Part shown: piece after piece, positions 39,043 through 51,689 of the stretch
Position numbering within the stretch: position 1 is the first letter of the stretch
How the letters are laid out: every line of letters begins with the position of its first letter
Origin: Octopus sinensis
Taxonomy: Eukaryota
Direction: 5' to 3'
Assembly: GCF_006345805.1 (NCBI RefSeq)
Contig: NC_043011.1
Span: 16,132,464-16,196,463, forward strand
Length of the DNA: 64,000 nt
Notes under the pieces: model-generated
Seen by the model: only the letters and a program-made list of their open reading frames with translations
Databases searched by the model: none
Told to the model about the DNA's origin: nothing
Made by a program: the position numbers and the translations under genes

Positions 39043-41379
39043 CTATGCGAGAAAACAAGGAAGAAATGGAAGCAAGAAACATAATCAAATCAGCGAAATT
39101 AGGAAGGTAATAGAAATCTTAGAAACATTTACATTTCTTAATCAATTGCCTTAATCATACGAAACACATGTTTCAAGTACACTAAGAACAACGTACCAAG
39201 TGCAAAACCGCATGGTGTCCCAACGGGAAAAGTTGGATGAATAACGAAGCTGATATAAGAGAAGTTATTAAGCACAACCCCACTAATCCTGCTTTGCAAG
39301 CTTCAATCGAAATCTGTTCTATAAGAAGCCGAAGCTCAGAGATGATTAAGCAGCAAAGCAGCATATTAATTTACACATGAAAACAAAAACGTCATCGGAC
39401 CATATACTGCAAAGGATGCAAAATGAAATTACACGTTCGCTGCAAATGCTAGTTCTCACCATCACGTTGTATCGCTAGAAACATATTCAACATAGCAAAG
39501 CAATGGCTGTTTCACATAAGCTATAATATTTGTTCAGCAAACCAATGTCCACCAACAAATACTAATTGTCTACAAAACTTGATTAAAATTCGCAAAGGAA
39601 TACATTTAGAAATCTGAAACAGTTCTATTGGGACATTCAGACATCGTAAATCATATCCTAAGAAATTCATTGGATGGATTGCATGATATCACATTATCAC
39701 ATACACTCTACAAAACATCTGTCAATCCTATTTCCCTTCCCCCCTCTCGACCTTTCACTCCATCTCTCTCTCTTCCCCTCTGTCTGTCTGTCTATCTGTA
39801 ATATATTTTCTTTCTCTCACTCATCTTTTACCGTTATGCTATTGTCATCAACTACTTAGTGTTCGCTGGCCTCAAGCTATTTCCATTTGAGTACTTTGCT
39901 GGGATATTACTTTTCACGAATTGGTGTGTCGGTGAACGTGTAAATGCCTTCTTAATATGAAAGCAAATCAATGAGTTGATATCTTTAAAATGTACCGTTT
40001 TGTAATCTCTTAAAAATCTGTTATCTGATTTCTAAAATTTCTAATTGTCTTTTTCATCTTGCAGACTTTACCAAGAGCATTCACAAATTGACTAGTTGCC
40101 GGTAACTGAGACACAATGAGTACAACCCTGTTTGGAAATAGCGACTGAAATATGAGTTTAGCTATTCAACGTTATAGAAAGAAATGCTGAAGGTCAAATT
40201 ATAAATGAAAAAGTGACTATATATCTGTAATTGTTTTCATTGCAACTTAGGCAAAACCACTCGAACTATGCAAGATATTTTTGATAAAATATAGAGTAAC
40301 ATTATCTAAAGAAAGCATCACATACCAATACAATTTTGAATTTAAAAAATTAAGATATTAGAAAGTATTTGAATAATCCACTTGGAATAACTATCTAAAT
40401 TTATGAATGAAATGTTAGCGTTATAAGAAATCAATATTTCTATATTCATATAAGATATTGTTAGTTAACTATATGGAGGAGAGTAGTGTATGCAAAAAAA
40501 AAAAAAAAATGGAGGCATTTTGGAAACCTATTTGTGATATGAATAAATGTTTATATAACAAAATTAACAGTGCTACTTTCTTTTTCTATTCTTAGGAGAA
40601 CAAGTAAGAAAGATACACGTAATAACTTTTGTTGAAATACAGGCACACACACATACATATACATAAATACATACATACAATCTCAAACCAAACATTTCAT
40701 AGTGTGAAACTGTTAGGTAATTTTCAATAATTGTAATAATGCTGACAGGGATAAGAATCACAATAATTTATTGTTTTTATTCAAGTTGGTATTCAAATAG
40801 TAAGCAGTTATTTCCAATAATTATATATGTCTAGTAATTCGGATCTCTGGAGGGAAAATGAAGAACAATTTCAAGGCTTCCCTCCAGAAAAGGAGTTCCA
40901 AATCTTCCTTTAATTACCGCATTAGGGAAGATTGTTTACATGATTCAACATGTAATACAATATGTCTGCCTCCCATATACTGCATTGTAATTGAAGAGTC
41001 TGTTTAGATTGATCAAATCACTTGAGCTCTTGAAGGAGCGACAGATAACGATAACGAGCATATGTGTAATTTCATTAATACAATATAATGGTTTATAAGG
41101 TGTCCGTCTTCTCAAAAATAGTAATTTTATAAACATTTTCGGCTGCACATCCATAGTGTATGTGTGATGTCTACACGCCAATTTGCGGCAGAATTAGCCT
41201 CGGAATGCCCGAGAATGGTTCATGCCGATATTTCGAAATTATTGTGGATTATCAATACTATGGATTCAGATCATGTCGAAAAGAAGTGAATTGCTGGTCT
41301 GAAAATTTTATGCAAATGGAGTGAAATTTATTCGATGGTGCACTACGGCGAGGCACATGTGGAAGTAAATTAAATTACG

Positions 41380-41540
41380 AGGCGTAGAAGTGGATGTGTG
41401 GTAAGTAGCTTTCTTACGAACCGCATGGTTCCGGGTTCAGTCCCACTGCGTGGCACCTTGGGCAAGTGTCTTCTACTATAGCCGCCGGCCGACCAAAGCT
41501 TTGTGAGTGGATTTGGTAGACGGAAACTGAAAGAAGCCCG

Positions 41541-41598
<58 letters not shown>

Positions 41599-41781
41599 GT
41601 ATATATGTACGTGTGTATATGTTTATGTGTCTGAGTTTGTCCCCCCAACATCGCTTGACAAACGATAGAATAAGTACTATTCTTACAAAGAATAAGTCCT
41701 GGGGTCGGTTTATTCGACTGACGGCAGTGCTCCAGCATGGCCACAGTCACATGACTGAAACAAGTAAAAGAGTAAAAGAGT
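41380..41781 (+). mobile_element. CORE-like tRNA SINE with internal microsatellite (same family as 3871-4276)
   Basis: A and B boxes, gtggcaccttgggcaagtgtctt, internal (TA)n at 41543-41589, tail agtaaaagagtaaaagag. Confidence 0.88.
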
Positions 41782-43174
41782 AATTAATGTAAACATAGTG
41801 CATGTGTTTTGTTTATGCACAAAATATGCTGCAGGTTAGCGTCCGCGGGAAGCTCTGAAGACTACACCACAGCACTTCAGCAAGTTGATCTCTTTTCGAT
41901 ATAATCCATGTACATGGATCTGATAAGCCACAATAATGTCGAAATATCGGTGTATTTCATTAACGGTGACTCCGAGGCAAATCGCTCCGCTTGGTCTGTG
42001 ACATTCCAGTGTGTTTAACACTCGGCATCAAGTAGGTAGCATTCCTCGGACGCTATCCCAACAGCAAATTTAACGAATTAATACTTATTCATTGAGGAGA
42101 TGAAGCGGAAATAGATATATTAACAATCTTTGAATTTATGCTGCAACAGTTTTGACATTTCAAACCCTGTTACCATTGTCAAATATTCTATAGAGAATGT
42201 TGAAATATATATAGTTGAGAGAGATAGAGACTATAAGAACTGAACGAATTAAATTATGTCAGAAAATATATTTCAACTCCATGCATAAATGTCAAAACAA
42301 TAGAAATTATAATACATTGCATTAATATTCCATATCCTGACATCTCTCTCTCTCTCTCACTCTCCCTATATATATATATATTATATATATATATATACAT
42401 GTATGTGTATATATGTACGTGTGTATATGTTTATGTGTCTGAGTTTGTCCCCCCAACATCGCTTGACAACCGATAGAATAAGTACTATTCTTACAAAGAA
42501 TAAGTCCTGGGGTCGGTTTATTCGACTGACGGCAGTGCTCCAGCATGGCCACAGTCACATGACTGAAACAAGTAAAAGAGTAAAAGAGTAATTAATGTAA
42601 ACATAGTGCATGTGTTTTGTTTATGCACAAAATATGCTGCAGGTTAGCGTCCGCGGGAAGCTCTGAAGACTACACCACAGCACTTCAGCAAGTTGATCTC
42701 TTTTCGATATAATCCATGTACATGGATCTGATAAGCCACAATAATGTCGAAATATCGGTGTATTTCATTAACGGTGACTCCGAGGCAAATCGCTCCGCTT
42801 GGTCTGTGACATTCCAGTGTGCTTAACACTCGGCATCAAGTAGGTAGCATTCCTCGGACGCTATCCCAACAGCAAATTTAACGAATTAATACTTATTCAT
42901 TGAGGAGATGAAGCGGAAATAGATATATTAACAATCTTTGAATTTATGCTGCAACAGTTTTGACATTTCAAACCCTGTTACCATTGTCAAATATTCTATA
43001 GAGAATGTTGAAATATATATAGTTGAGAGAGATAGAGACTATAAGAACTGAACGAATTAAATTATGTCAGAAAATATATTTCAACTCCATGCATAAATGT
43101 CAAAACAATAGAAATTATAATACATTGCATTAATATTCCATATCCTGACATCTCTCTCTCTCTCTCACTCTCCC
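41590..43174 (+). repeat. 808-bp tandem duplication bounded by (TA)n tracts
   Basis: 41590-42366 recurs at 42398-43174, and ORF-track pairs are offset by exactly 808. I saw only two substitutions. Confidence 0.95.
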
Positions 43175-43465
43175 TATATATATATATATATATATATATG
43201 GGCGCGGGGTAAGTAGCTGAAACCTTAGTTGCAAGCAGAATGCGTTTAACAAACGTCACCTCAGATATATCGAGAAGGTATTTCATTATTTAATGTTGAT
43301 TTAAAGTGAAAATATACAGGTATTATGTTAGGTTTTTACGCACGTACACTCGCGCATACATATCACACGCAAATATATATACATATATACATACATACAT
43401 ACATACATAATACATACATACATTCATACATACATAAATTACATACATACATATATACATATATA

Positions 43466-43686
43466 TAAAGAGTAAATCCCCCACCCCCAAAAACGAAGAA
43501 CAAACACAAAATAAAAACAACAACGCGTGGATGTGGTACATGTAAAGTATTAGTAGGCGCTCATGGAAAGAAAGAAAGATGGTTTTACGTTTCGAGCAAA
43601 GCTCTTCTTCAGAAACAGGAAACAGAGGATAGTCGAATAGAACAGGAATAAGGAGGAAAAAAGTTGCCAATGATTCACTTGTAGTT
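43466..43686 (-). mobile_element. About 220-bp hammerhead-bearing element between TA-rich tracts (best-preserved copy)
   Basis: Contains the intact motif at 43582-43616 and the family motif ttccatgagcg...taatac...gtaccac...gcgttgttgt. Confidence 0.75.
43582..43616 (-). ncRNA. Minimal type I hammerhead ribozyme, intact core
   Basis: Minus strand gttt-CTGAAGA-a-GAGC-ttt-GCTC-GAAAC-GTA-aaac. 4-bp stem I, 4-bp stem II, palindromic ACGT stem III, GUA cleavage triplet. Confidence 0.75.
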
Positions 43687-43849
43687 ATATATATATATGG
43701 ATATCGAAATGTTTGCAAATAAATTTCAGAAAAATTAAGTTTGAATAATATTTCGAAATAAAAATCGTAGACCTTTTCTCCATTTTCAAATCCTATGGTA
43801 ATTTTCTTGTATTCTCTACGTATAAGGCTCGAAATTTGGGTGGTGGGGA

Positions 43850-44285
43850 GAAACATAATAAATATTTAGCCACATAACGACATGATCCGAAAGTTCATTT
43901 CTTGAATTCAGACATGTGGTGGGGTTTAAGCTGCTTTTCCAGGTAAGCCGTCTTTCCATATCACAAAGATCGCACTTTCCACTGCCATTGGTGTAGGGCT
44001 TACACTTGGCTAAGTTCTTCCAATGGACCATGTATCTTTTAAGGACCATATATGACTGGATAATTTGACCGTTTTCCTTTTATCCCAGTGCCTGAAGCAC
44101 AAGGTGAGATTATTGAACCTGGCCTTGAAATTATCCTCTGTAAGGCCTGCGTATTTCTTCTTCGAAATCGGGTCCTTAGTGGATATACAGTCCACGGTGG
44201 CTTCATAAATGATGGTCTAGGACATGCAAGCTCCATTTTACGGGCACAAAATTTTATCTCTGCATGAACTGCTGGTTTCATATTG
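43850..44285 (-). pseudogene. Penelope-like element GIY-YIG endonuclease relic
   Basis: CRDKILCP*NGAC..IIYEATV...KYAGLTEDNFKARFNN...LSSHIWSLK..WSI..KCKPYTNGSGKCDLC...LNSRNEL. Confidence 0.85.
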
Positions 44286-44791
44286 TGGTTTTTGCGTGTT
44301 GTGTGCGATTATATTTTTAAGATTAGTAGTTGAGCTGAAACTGATTTTTAAGTTATGTTATTTTTCACACATTTTTCTGTGTGTGTGTGCGAGCGTGTAT
44401 GCGGGTATGTCTATATTTTTTGGCTTATGTGTGGGTGAGCATGTGTGTGTTTCAAGAAAGTGTGGATGAGTATATACATATAGGCGCATGCACCTGGGTG
44501 TGCGAGCGCATGTATATGTATGAACATGCGTGCTTACGCGATTACTATGATCATCTATACTCCCTTAATTTTACACACTCCCCTTACTTAGGGGTCATTC
44601 TAATAGCACTTTTGTCGTAATAACGATCAATCACACAGTAATTTCCCATTGCTTCAACGGTTATTTCCATAGCATTTTTTTTCGATGTCTGATAACTGAA
44701 GAGATGGCTGCGTGGGTTTTCGACCCGGAATCCGAAACTCTGAGTTTTATTATGGCTGCCGAATAATTTTCACATATTATATTTACATAAA

Positions 44792-44884
<93 letters not shown>

Positions 44885-45092
44885 GTACATATGTACGTAT
44901 ATGTATGTATGCATGATATATATGAATATATATACAAATATGTGCCTGTGTACACATGTATATATGCATATATATACATATACATGTATACACAGACACA
45001 GGCACTCACACACATATATACATGCACACGTAATTAGGTTTGTTACTTACTCGTAGTGCAGTAGAAGAAGGAAGCATAGGAATCTCACTCAC

Positions 45093-45163
45093 TGTGAAAA
45101 CCAGGGTCTTTACATTCTCGTACGTATTCTCCACAGATATTTATTCCGAAAAGATTTAAGTTT
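45093..45163 (-). CDS. Candidate 71-nt internal exon (NLNLFGINICGEYVRECKDPGFH)
   Basis: Acceptor ttttttctcattaatatactgtcatag| and donor caca|gtgagt. Its exit phase (1) matches the entry phase of 39003-39042. Confidence 0.22.
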
Positions 45164-46203
45164 CTATGACAGTATATTAATGAGAAAAAAGTTTCTGAAT
45201 CACTGTGATAAATAAGTATTCTGAAATATTCATGTTTAAATACGTTATCTATTAATATGTGGCTGCTTTTTTTTTTATATATATATTATCCATTGCAAAC
45301 TTCAAATACTTATATCAAAAAGATTGCAGACATTGATGCAATATGCAACATCAAATGAAAATTTTTTTTTGTAAAGTTCTATTAAAAAAAATCTCCTGTG
45401 AATGTTTCAATGGAAGATAAAACCAGTACAATATATTAAAACAATAACATTTGTAAAGAACAGATAGACAATCACGTAGACACAAATAAATACACAATCA
45501 TGAATAATACTGCAATTTCTTACAGACATGCTGCCAATTATAAAGGGCTTTGTGTTATTTAGTATCCTGTTGAGGCGAGATTTATGTCCGTCTTCTGACA
45601 ATGAATCAATCAGGAGTTGATAGTTTTAAGTAATAATAGAACAGATAAGATGTAATGTTCTAAACTGAAATACACTGAATACCAGTCACTATTTAATTGA
45701 AAACTCCTGAATTGTAAGCATTCAAAGAATATTTCATTATGAGCGATAAAAGAAAAAAGAAAAGGAATATGCTATACAAATCTATATTGTTATTTTCACG
45801 CTAAAATCACATTTGATACTGAATATAAGGAAGTTAGCTTCCAAATAATGCAAAATGCCATTGTGGGATACAAATAAAAAACAACAACAACAGCTTATTA
45901 TTTTTCAACAAAAGTTTTCTATTTTATGCGCAGAATAAATGGCAGACGATTAGAGATTCTAAGCATTTGGCTCCTCATTCGGTACCAGATAAACCAGATA
46001 TAATGGAAGATATGGCAAATGTTATTTAAGCCATAAACATTAACTACAGAGAAGGCTATTCGAGAATGACACTCTCGAATATTATATTGAAGCATGTTAG
46101 GTTTATTGCATAGCAATACGAATTCTTACGCCTAGGAATAGCATATACGTACGCAAGTGCAAACACACATGTATATAGGTAGAGAGGCATAAACACTTAT
46201 GCG

Positions 46204-46236
<33 letters not shown>

Positions 46237-46254
46237 ATATGTAACTCTCTCTCC

Positions 46255-46291
<37 letters not shown>

Positions 46292-48017
46292 TATATATAT
46301 ATAAAGAGAGAGAGAGAGAGAGATACATATATACACACACACATATATATATGTACACATAAGCCCGCCTATATGTATGTGTGTATACATAGATATATAT
46401 ATATATATGAATATGCATACATGTATATATGTGTATATGTATGTTGTATGTATTTACATACATATATACATATTTATTTATATATGCATTTATGTAAGTG
46501 TTTATGTATATATATATATGTGTGTGTGTGTATGTATATATACATATGGCTGTATGTATACACACACAGACAAATACACGTGCACACCAAATATGTGAAG
46601 CGTTCCATAACAAGAAGTAGATCAATGTTCCAAAATCTCCATGGATACTGGTGCTTATTTTCTTTCAACTGACACGATGTTATGATTGTCGTCTTCTGAG
46701 CGATGTCTTGTCTGAGAAGACGTGGGAGGTAATATTTGGTTATCCTGAAATGAGACAAAATGTAGCAACTCTATATATATGCATACATAGAATAGATACA
46801 TAAATATACATACAAAAACGCACAGACATATGTATATACGTGTGCGTGTGTTTTTGTGTGCGCGTGTGTGTGCGTGCGTGTATGTGTGATATGCGTGTGC
46901 GTGAGAGTGAAGGTGAAGGTACATAAATGGAAGTTTGTTTAGATGTCGTTGAGAAGCGATATGGACTAATATTTTATTCCGCATTTTTTCTCTTGTAGTT
47001 CCAATATAGATATGTTTTTGTCCCTCTCATGTTTGACGCGTCGATATATCACGGCTTTTGAAGGAAGACAGAAATGCTCAAACTGTTATCTGGTAATCAT
47101 TTCGACTGCTTACACTGGAGGAACATGAAATATGTGCCTATCAATTAGACACAAGATATCGCCCAATTCATATACCTAACATACGAAATCACTGTCGTAG
47201 CTCCAGAATATGAGCCACAAGATAGTGGGCTTTGATCAGGCATAGGCATCTCTTTTCGAAAAGTGTGCCCCCTTGGAAATGCCTAATAATCAGATACGTT
47301 GCACTACTGAGAATATAGAAAGTAACTTTTCGTTAGTGTGCCATTCAGAGACTACTCGGTCAGTTTGCACATTGGAGGTGCGAGCGCGCACACACATTAA
47401 CATTTACACATATATACACAGACCACTCACACACATACAGGCACACGCACTGACACAAACACATATATGACGCAATACAAATAAGTACAAAGGAAATCAC
47501 ATAAAACATATCAGGTAAAAAAACAAAACTATATCAGCAGTTAACTGACTCAAATGGGCAAATAACAGAGAACAAGAATCCATTTGTAATTTGGTAGGCA
47601 ATTAATAATATGGCAGGAATACGATGACCACAAGTGTAAAGTTGAATGCATGTAGTCAGTAGCTACGTCTAAATAAATGGGGAAAATATATCTCTACAAA
47701 AATCTGTTTGGTGAGGCCGTTGTCACCGATGTCATTCCTATCAAGCAGGCATTATACCAAGAACTCAGTGTCAAAACATTTTCAGTGGTTGAGCTTTGGC
47801 TATTCTGAAGAAATTACAGAATAATACCGTAGGCACGGTAAAATACAGAGTTTAATGACAGTCTTCCCCAGTGATAGAACTCTGTATACAATCAATCAAC
47901 TGTAATCAAAACAAGCTTGGTATTACACACACACATACACACTCACACGTATATGAATACAAAATATATACAACTAAATATATACATATATATACGTGTG
48001 CGTGTGTGTGTGTGTGT

Positions 48018-48310
48018 GAGGCGCAATGGCCCAGTGGTTAGGGCAGCTGACTCGCGGTCGTAGGTTCGCATTTTTGATTCCCAGACCGAGCGTTGTGATT
48101 GTTTATTGAGCGAAAACACTTAAAGTTGCGGCAGGGGGTGGTGGCGATCCCTGCTGTACTCTTTCGCCACAACTTTCTCTCACACTTTCTTCGTTTGGCC
48201 TGCTCGTTTAGCCAGCGGGGTGGCGATATTTGAAGGCTGAAACAAGGCGAAGCGCATTGTGACCAGTGATATGTAGTACCATCTGATAGCCTGGTCGGTC
48301 ACGATGATAT
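48018..48310 (+). mobile_element. tRNA-derived SINE (head related to 55618-55917)
   Basis: A box tggcccagtgg and a degenerate B box. The 5' half is similar to the 55618 element. Confidence 0.7.
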
Positions 48311-48811
48311 AAATATATATACATGTATACAAATGAATACATATATAACTATATGTACATAAACGCACACACTCACATACATGTTTATAGAAATATAAAT
48401 AAGAAAATCTTAAAATTGGAGACTTTGTAATAGTATTTTTATGTGCCAGTCGACAATTGTTTCAAAGTTTTCATGGCGACTAATCTTGTTCTATGTTTAT
48501 AAATATGTCTATTATTAATGATCTAGTCAAATATACAATGAAGTTTACCTACATAGCCATCCAAAGAAATCGTCTCGGAACTTTTTGATAAAAACGATGC
48601 ATAAAAGCAAGTGGATATCTCAATTAAATATGGAACACTGAACATCAGGTAGAGTGGTTTGTACAAAAATGTGAGTAACTCTATGCGCGTGTGAGTGAGA
48701 GTGTGGGTGTATTCATACTGTAGATATAAGCTTATAATTTATCATTTATTATTGGTGTGAGATATGTGTTTACTACGTATGTGTTTTTCAGTTCTTTAAT
48801 TTCTATGTCAT

Positions 48812-49208
48812 TCTTGTACTTGTGGCGACATTCACCCTGAGCGGTTGAGTCGGTTTCTTCTACAACCCTCGAGGCATCTCGAACCATGGCACTGGAAGAG
48901 GTTTCGTGGGAATATGAATTTCACAAGCGGTCCCCAACAATCCAGCATGTAGAGACATCCTGTTTTCCGCAAATTTTCCGCAGACGCAGGGACAGATTGA
49001 CCGAGGAGCCGCCGGTTGCCGAAACAGAGACTCCGAGGATTTTCACCAGAGCCCCGTCTGCCGGGTTGTGGCCCTAATACGACTCGGTGTCAGACCAATC
49101 CGCCTTCGGTGGCCCTACCAGGAACCAAAGTTCCGGACGGCATAGCTCTGACACTAACCGTTGCCAGCGTCCCCACTACGGTGAGGAGGGGATGGACTTT
49201 GGGGACGC
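48812..49208 (-). mobile_element. About 400-bp GC-rich retroposon, copy 1
   Basis: Colinear with 54462-54836. Minus-strand tail acaagtacaag. No pol III boxes seen. Confidence 0.8.
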
Positions 49209-49431
49209 GGGGCATATTGTAGGGCGGTACAATTGGAGTTTTGTTAAAATTCACGTCTGTGCTACGTATTCACTTTATTTCTTCTCCCAACGATCAACAT
49301 TTACGATATTTTACAGTTTATAATTACTTCAAAGCTGAGCATCTGTCATGCCTTGACTACAAGATAAACACAATAGTGGGACAAACTGCGTAAGAGAATC
49401 GGAGCGATACTTGTATCAGCAACAATGGAAA

Positions 49432-49492
<61 letters not shown>

Positions 49493-49499
49493 GCTGCTG

Positions 49500-49555
<56 letters not shown>

Positions 49556-49598
49556 ACTACTACTACTACTACTACTACTACTATTTCTACTACTACTA
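49432..49598. repeat. Compound (TAC)n/(TGC)n microsatellite
   Basis: Directly visible. Confidence 0.95.
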
Positions 49599-49689
49599 GT
49601 GAAATAATATGGAAATAATAACAATGATATTAATAGTACTATGATTGTGTAGAACTGCCTAACGGCGGGAGAACTAAGAGTTTTGAGTT

Positions 49690-50630
49690 GTAAATATGTG
49701 GGTATTTTGGACTAAGGCAAAAATCAATCTGAGTGAAAGGAAGGTAAGTTTTAGGTGAACGAAATTAATTATGGAGAATAGCCTCAATGGAAAGAACAAG
49801 TTTAGGTCAATGAATACATGCGCTGTCTCATTACTGTGATGTGGTGCAAATGTTGTTAGATGGAGAGAGAACGAACTTGAGGAAATGGGTAGCAAAAACA
49901 AGAAATTTATGATAATCAAATCGGAACTGTACCTTAAAAGCGATGCCGATAGATTATATGTATTTAGAAACCCATGAAGAAGCAGTCTCAAAGGATGCAA
50001 GTGGAAAATGCTCTGGAATGGCAGGGTAAACAGCAGATTCATAGACTCTTTGTTGCTGTTAGAAATAGAAACGCAATACCTAGTGAAAATATGACACCCA
50101 AAGGAATTTCGGAAAGAAGATGGAGAACATTGAACAACTGGAGATTGATAGCTATCCATGGATAATACCTCAGAAAGATGAAAGGAAAAGACTAGTCCAA
50201 GAATTGGAGGTGGGTAACGAACAGTGATCGGAAAAGATGAGCTGAGGCATTCATATGCAGCGTTGAGGACCATTCTCTGAGAACTAGTTACAGCAAATTC
50301 CAGATAGATAACAGTATTAACGCGTAACTTTGTAGGATCTGTGGAATAAAAATTGAAAGAGTCTTATAAATTGTGATTGAAAGATTTTCAAATAGTATGA
50401 AATTAAACTTGACGATATCACCAAAAATAATGGGTACAAGATCTTGTGAGATTTCACAAGTCAGTATGATTAGTGGATTGATGCTCAGAGACCAGACATC
50501 CCTTTATTTGATAACACCCAAAAAAAGAAGCAAGGTTATAGACATTGCCTCACCTGGAGATGAACGAGTGGATAATAAAAAACCGGAAATGATTGAGAAA
50601 TGCAAACCACTTGCAAATGAAATTGCACAT
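49690..50630 (+). pseudogene. Very old R4-clade LINE relic (end of RT to RLE)
   Basis: YVGIL..., SLNGKNKFRSMNTCAVSLL*CGANVVRWRENELEEM...KSDADRLY and VIDIASPGDERV..K..EK..LANEI align by eye with the intact element. Confidence 0.78.
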
Positions 50631-50734
50631 GGGCGAAATTTGAAATATATCTTTTATCTTCTGTATGTTATCTTACGAACATACATATATAAATACATAC
50701 ATACACACATATATACACATACACACATACACAC

Positions 50735-50812
<78 letters not shown>

Positions 50813-50815
<3 letters not shown>

Positions 50816-50829
50816 ATTAGATCGGGGAA

Positions 50830-50920
<91 letters not shown>

Positions 50921-50940
50921 TATATCCACGATCTAATTCT
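50813..50940. mobile_element. Possible mini element: short inverted repeats enclosing (TA)n
   Basis: agaattagatcg (50813-50824) and cgatctaattct (50929-50940) are a perfect 12-bp inverted repeat. Confidence 0.4.
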
Positions 50941-51328
50941 AAATCATATCAACCTGGTCGAATCTTTGTATTTGCTTTGAACAAAATATTTTTTTCTATA
51001 TAACGACTAAATATTTAGCCACGTAATTAGTATAGCAACTAATTTCCGTAGGTAATATTTTACGTTAAAACTTTAATGGTGTTATCCGATTTGTAAGCGC
51101 TCTTGCGAAGCAAATTGATTGTATTTGTGTTCTAGGTATTTCTATTGTTTTCATACTTCACATGCGCCAATACTCCAGAGTATATAAATAGCAAAGCACA
51201 TTAGATTTATTATTGACTATGACAAAACAAATTGTGTCCTGAGACAGAAGAACAAATCAACATATATATATATGTATATACATGCCTACATACATATGTG
51301 TGTGCGTGTGAATATGCGAGTGTATTTG

Positions 51329-51372
<44 letters not shown>

Positions 51373-51689
51373 ATATATTATATATATATATATATATATA
51401 TGAATTATTTCGAGGATATAAATACCTCTTAAAGAGATGTCAGCATTAACGTTCAGCTATATTCATTATCAGTCTCGAATTTTTTTTCTATTATTAACTT
51501 TAGCATGGAAACGAGCGTAAGTACTATGACTTTGATATTGTCTGAAATTGCAATTGTTTCAAATAATTAATGTTTCCATATATAAATTCCTCCATTTTTT
51601 TCCTTTCACACACACACACACACAGATCTATATATATATTACAGTTCTATATTTAAGAGATGAGTAATTATGCACATGACTTACATTTG

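Noticed and set aside
44690-44750. CTGAAGA...GAAACTC hammerhead-like motif
   Set aside because: Stem I does not pair and stem III is implausible.
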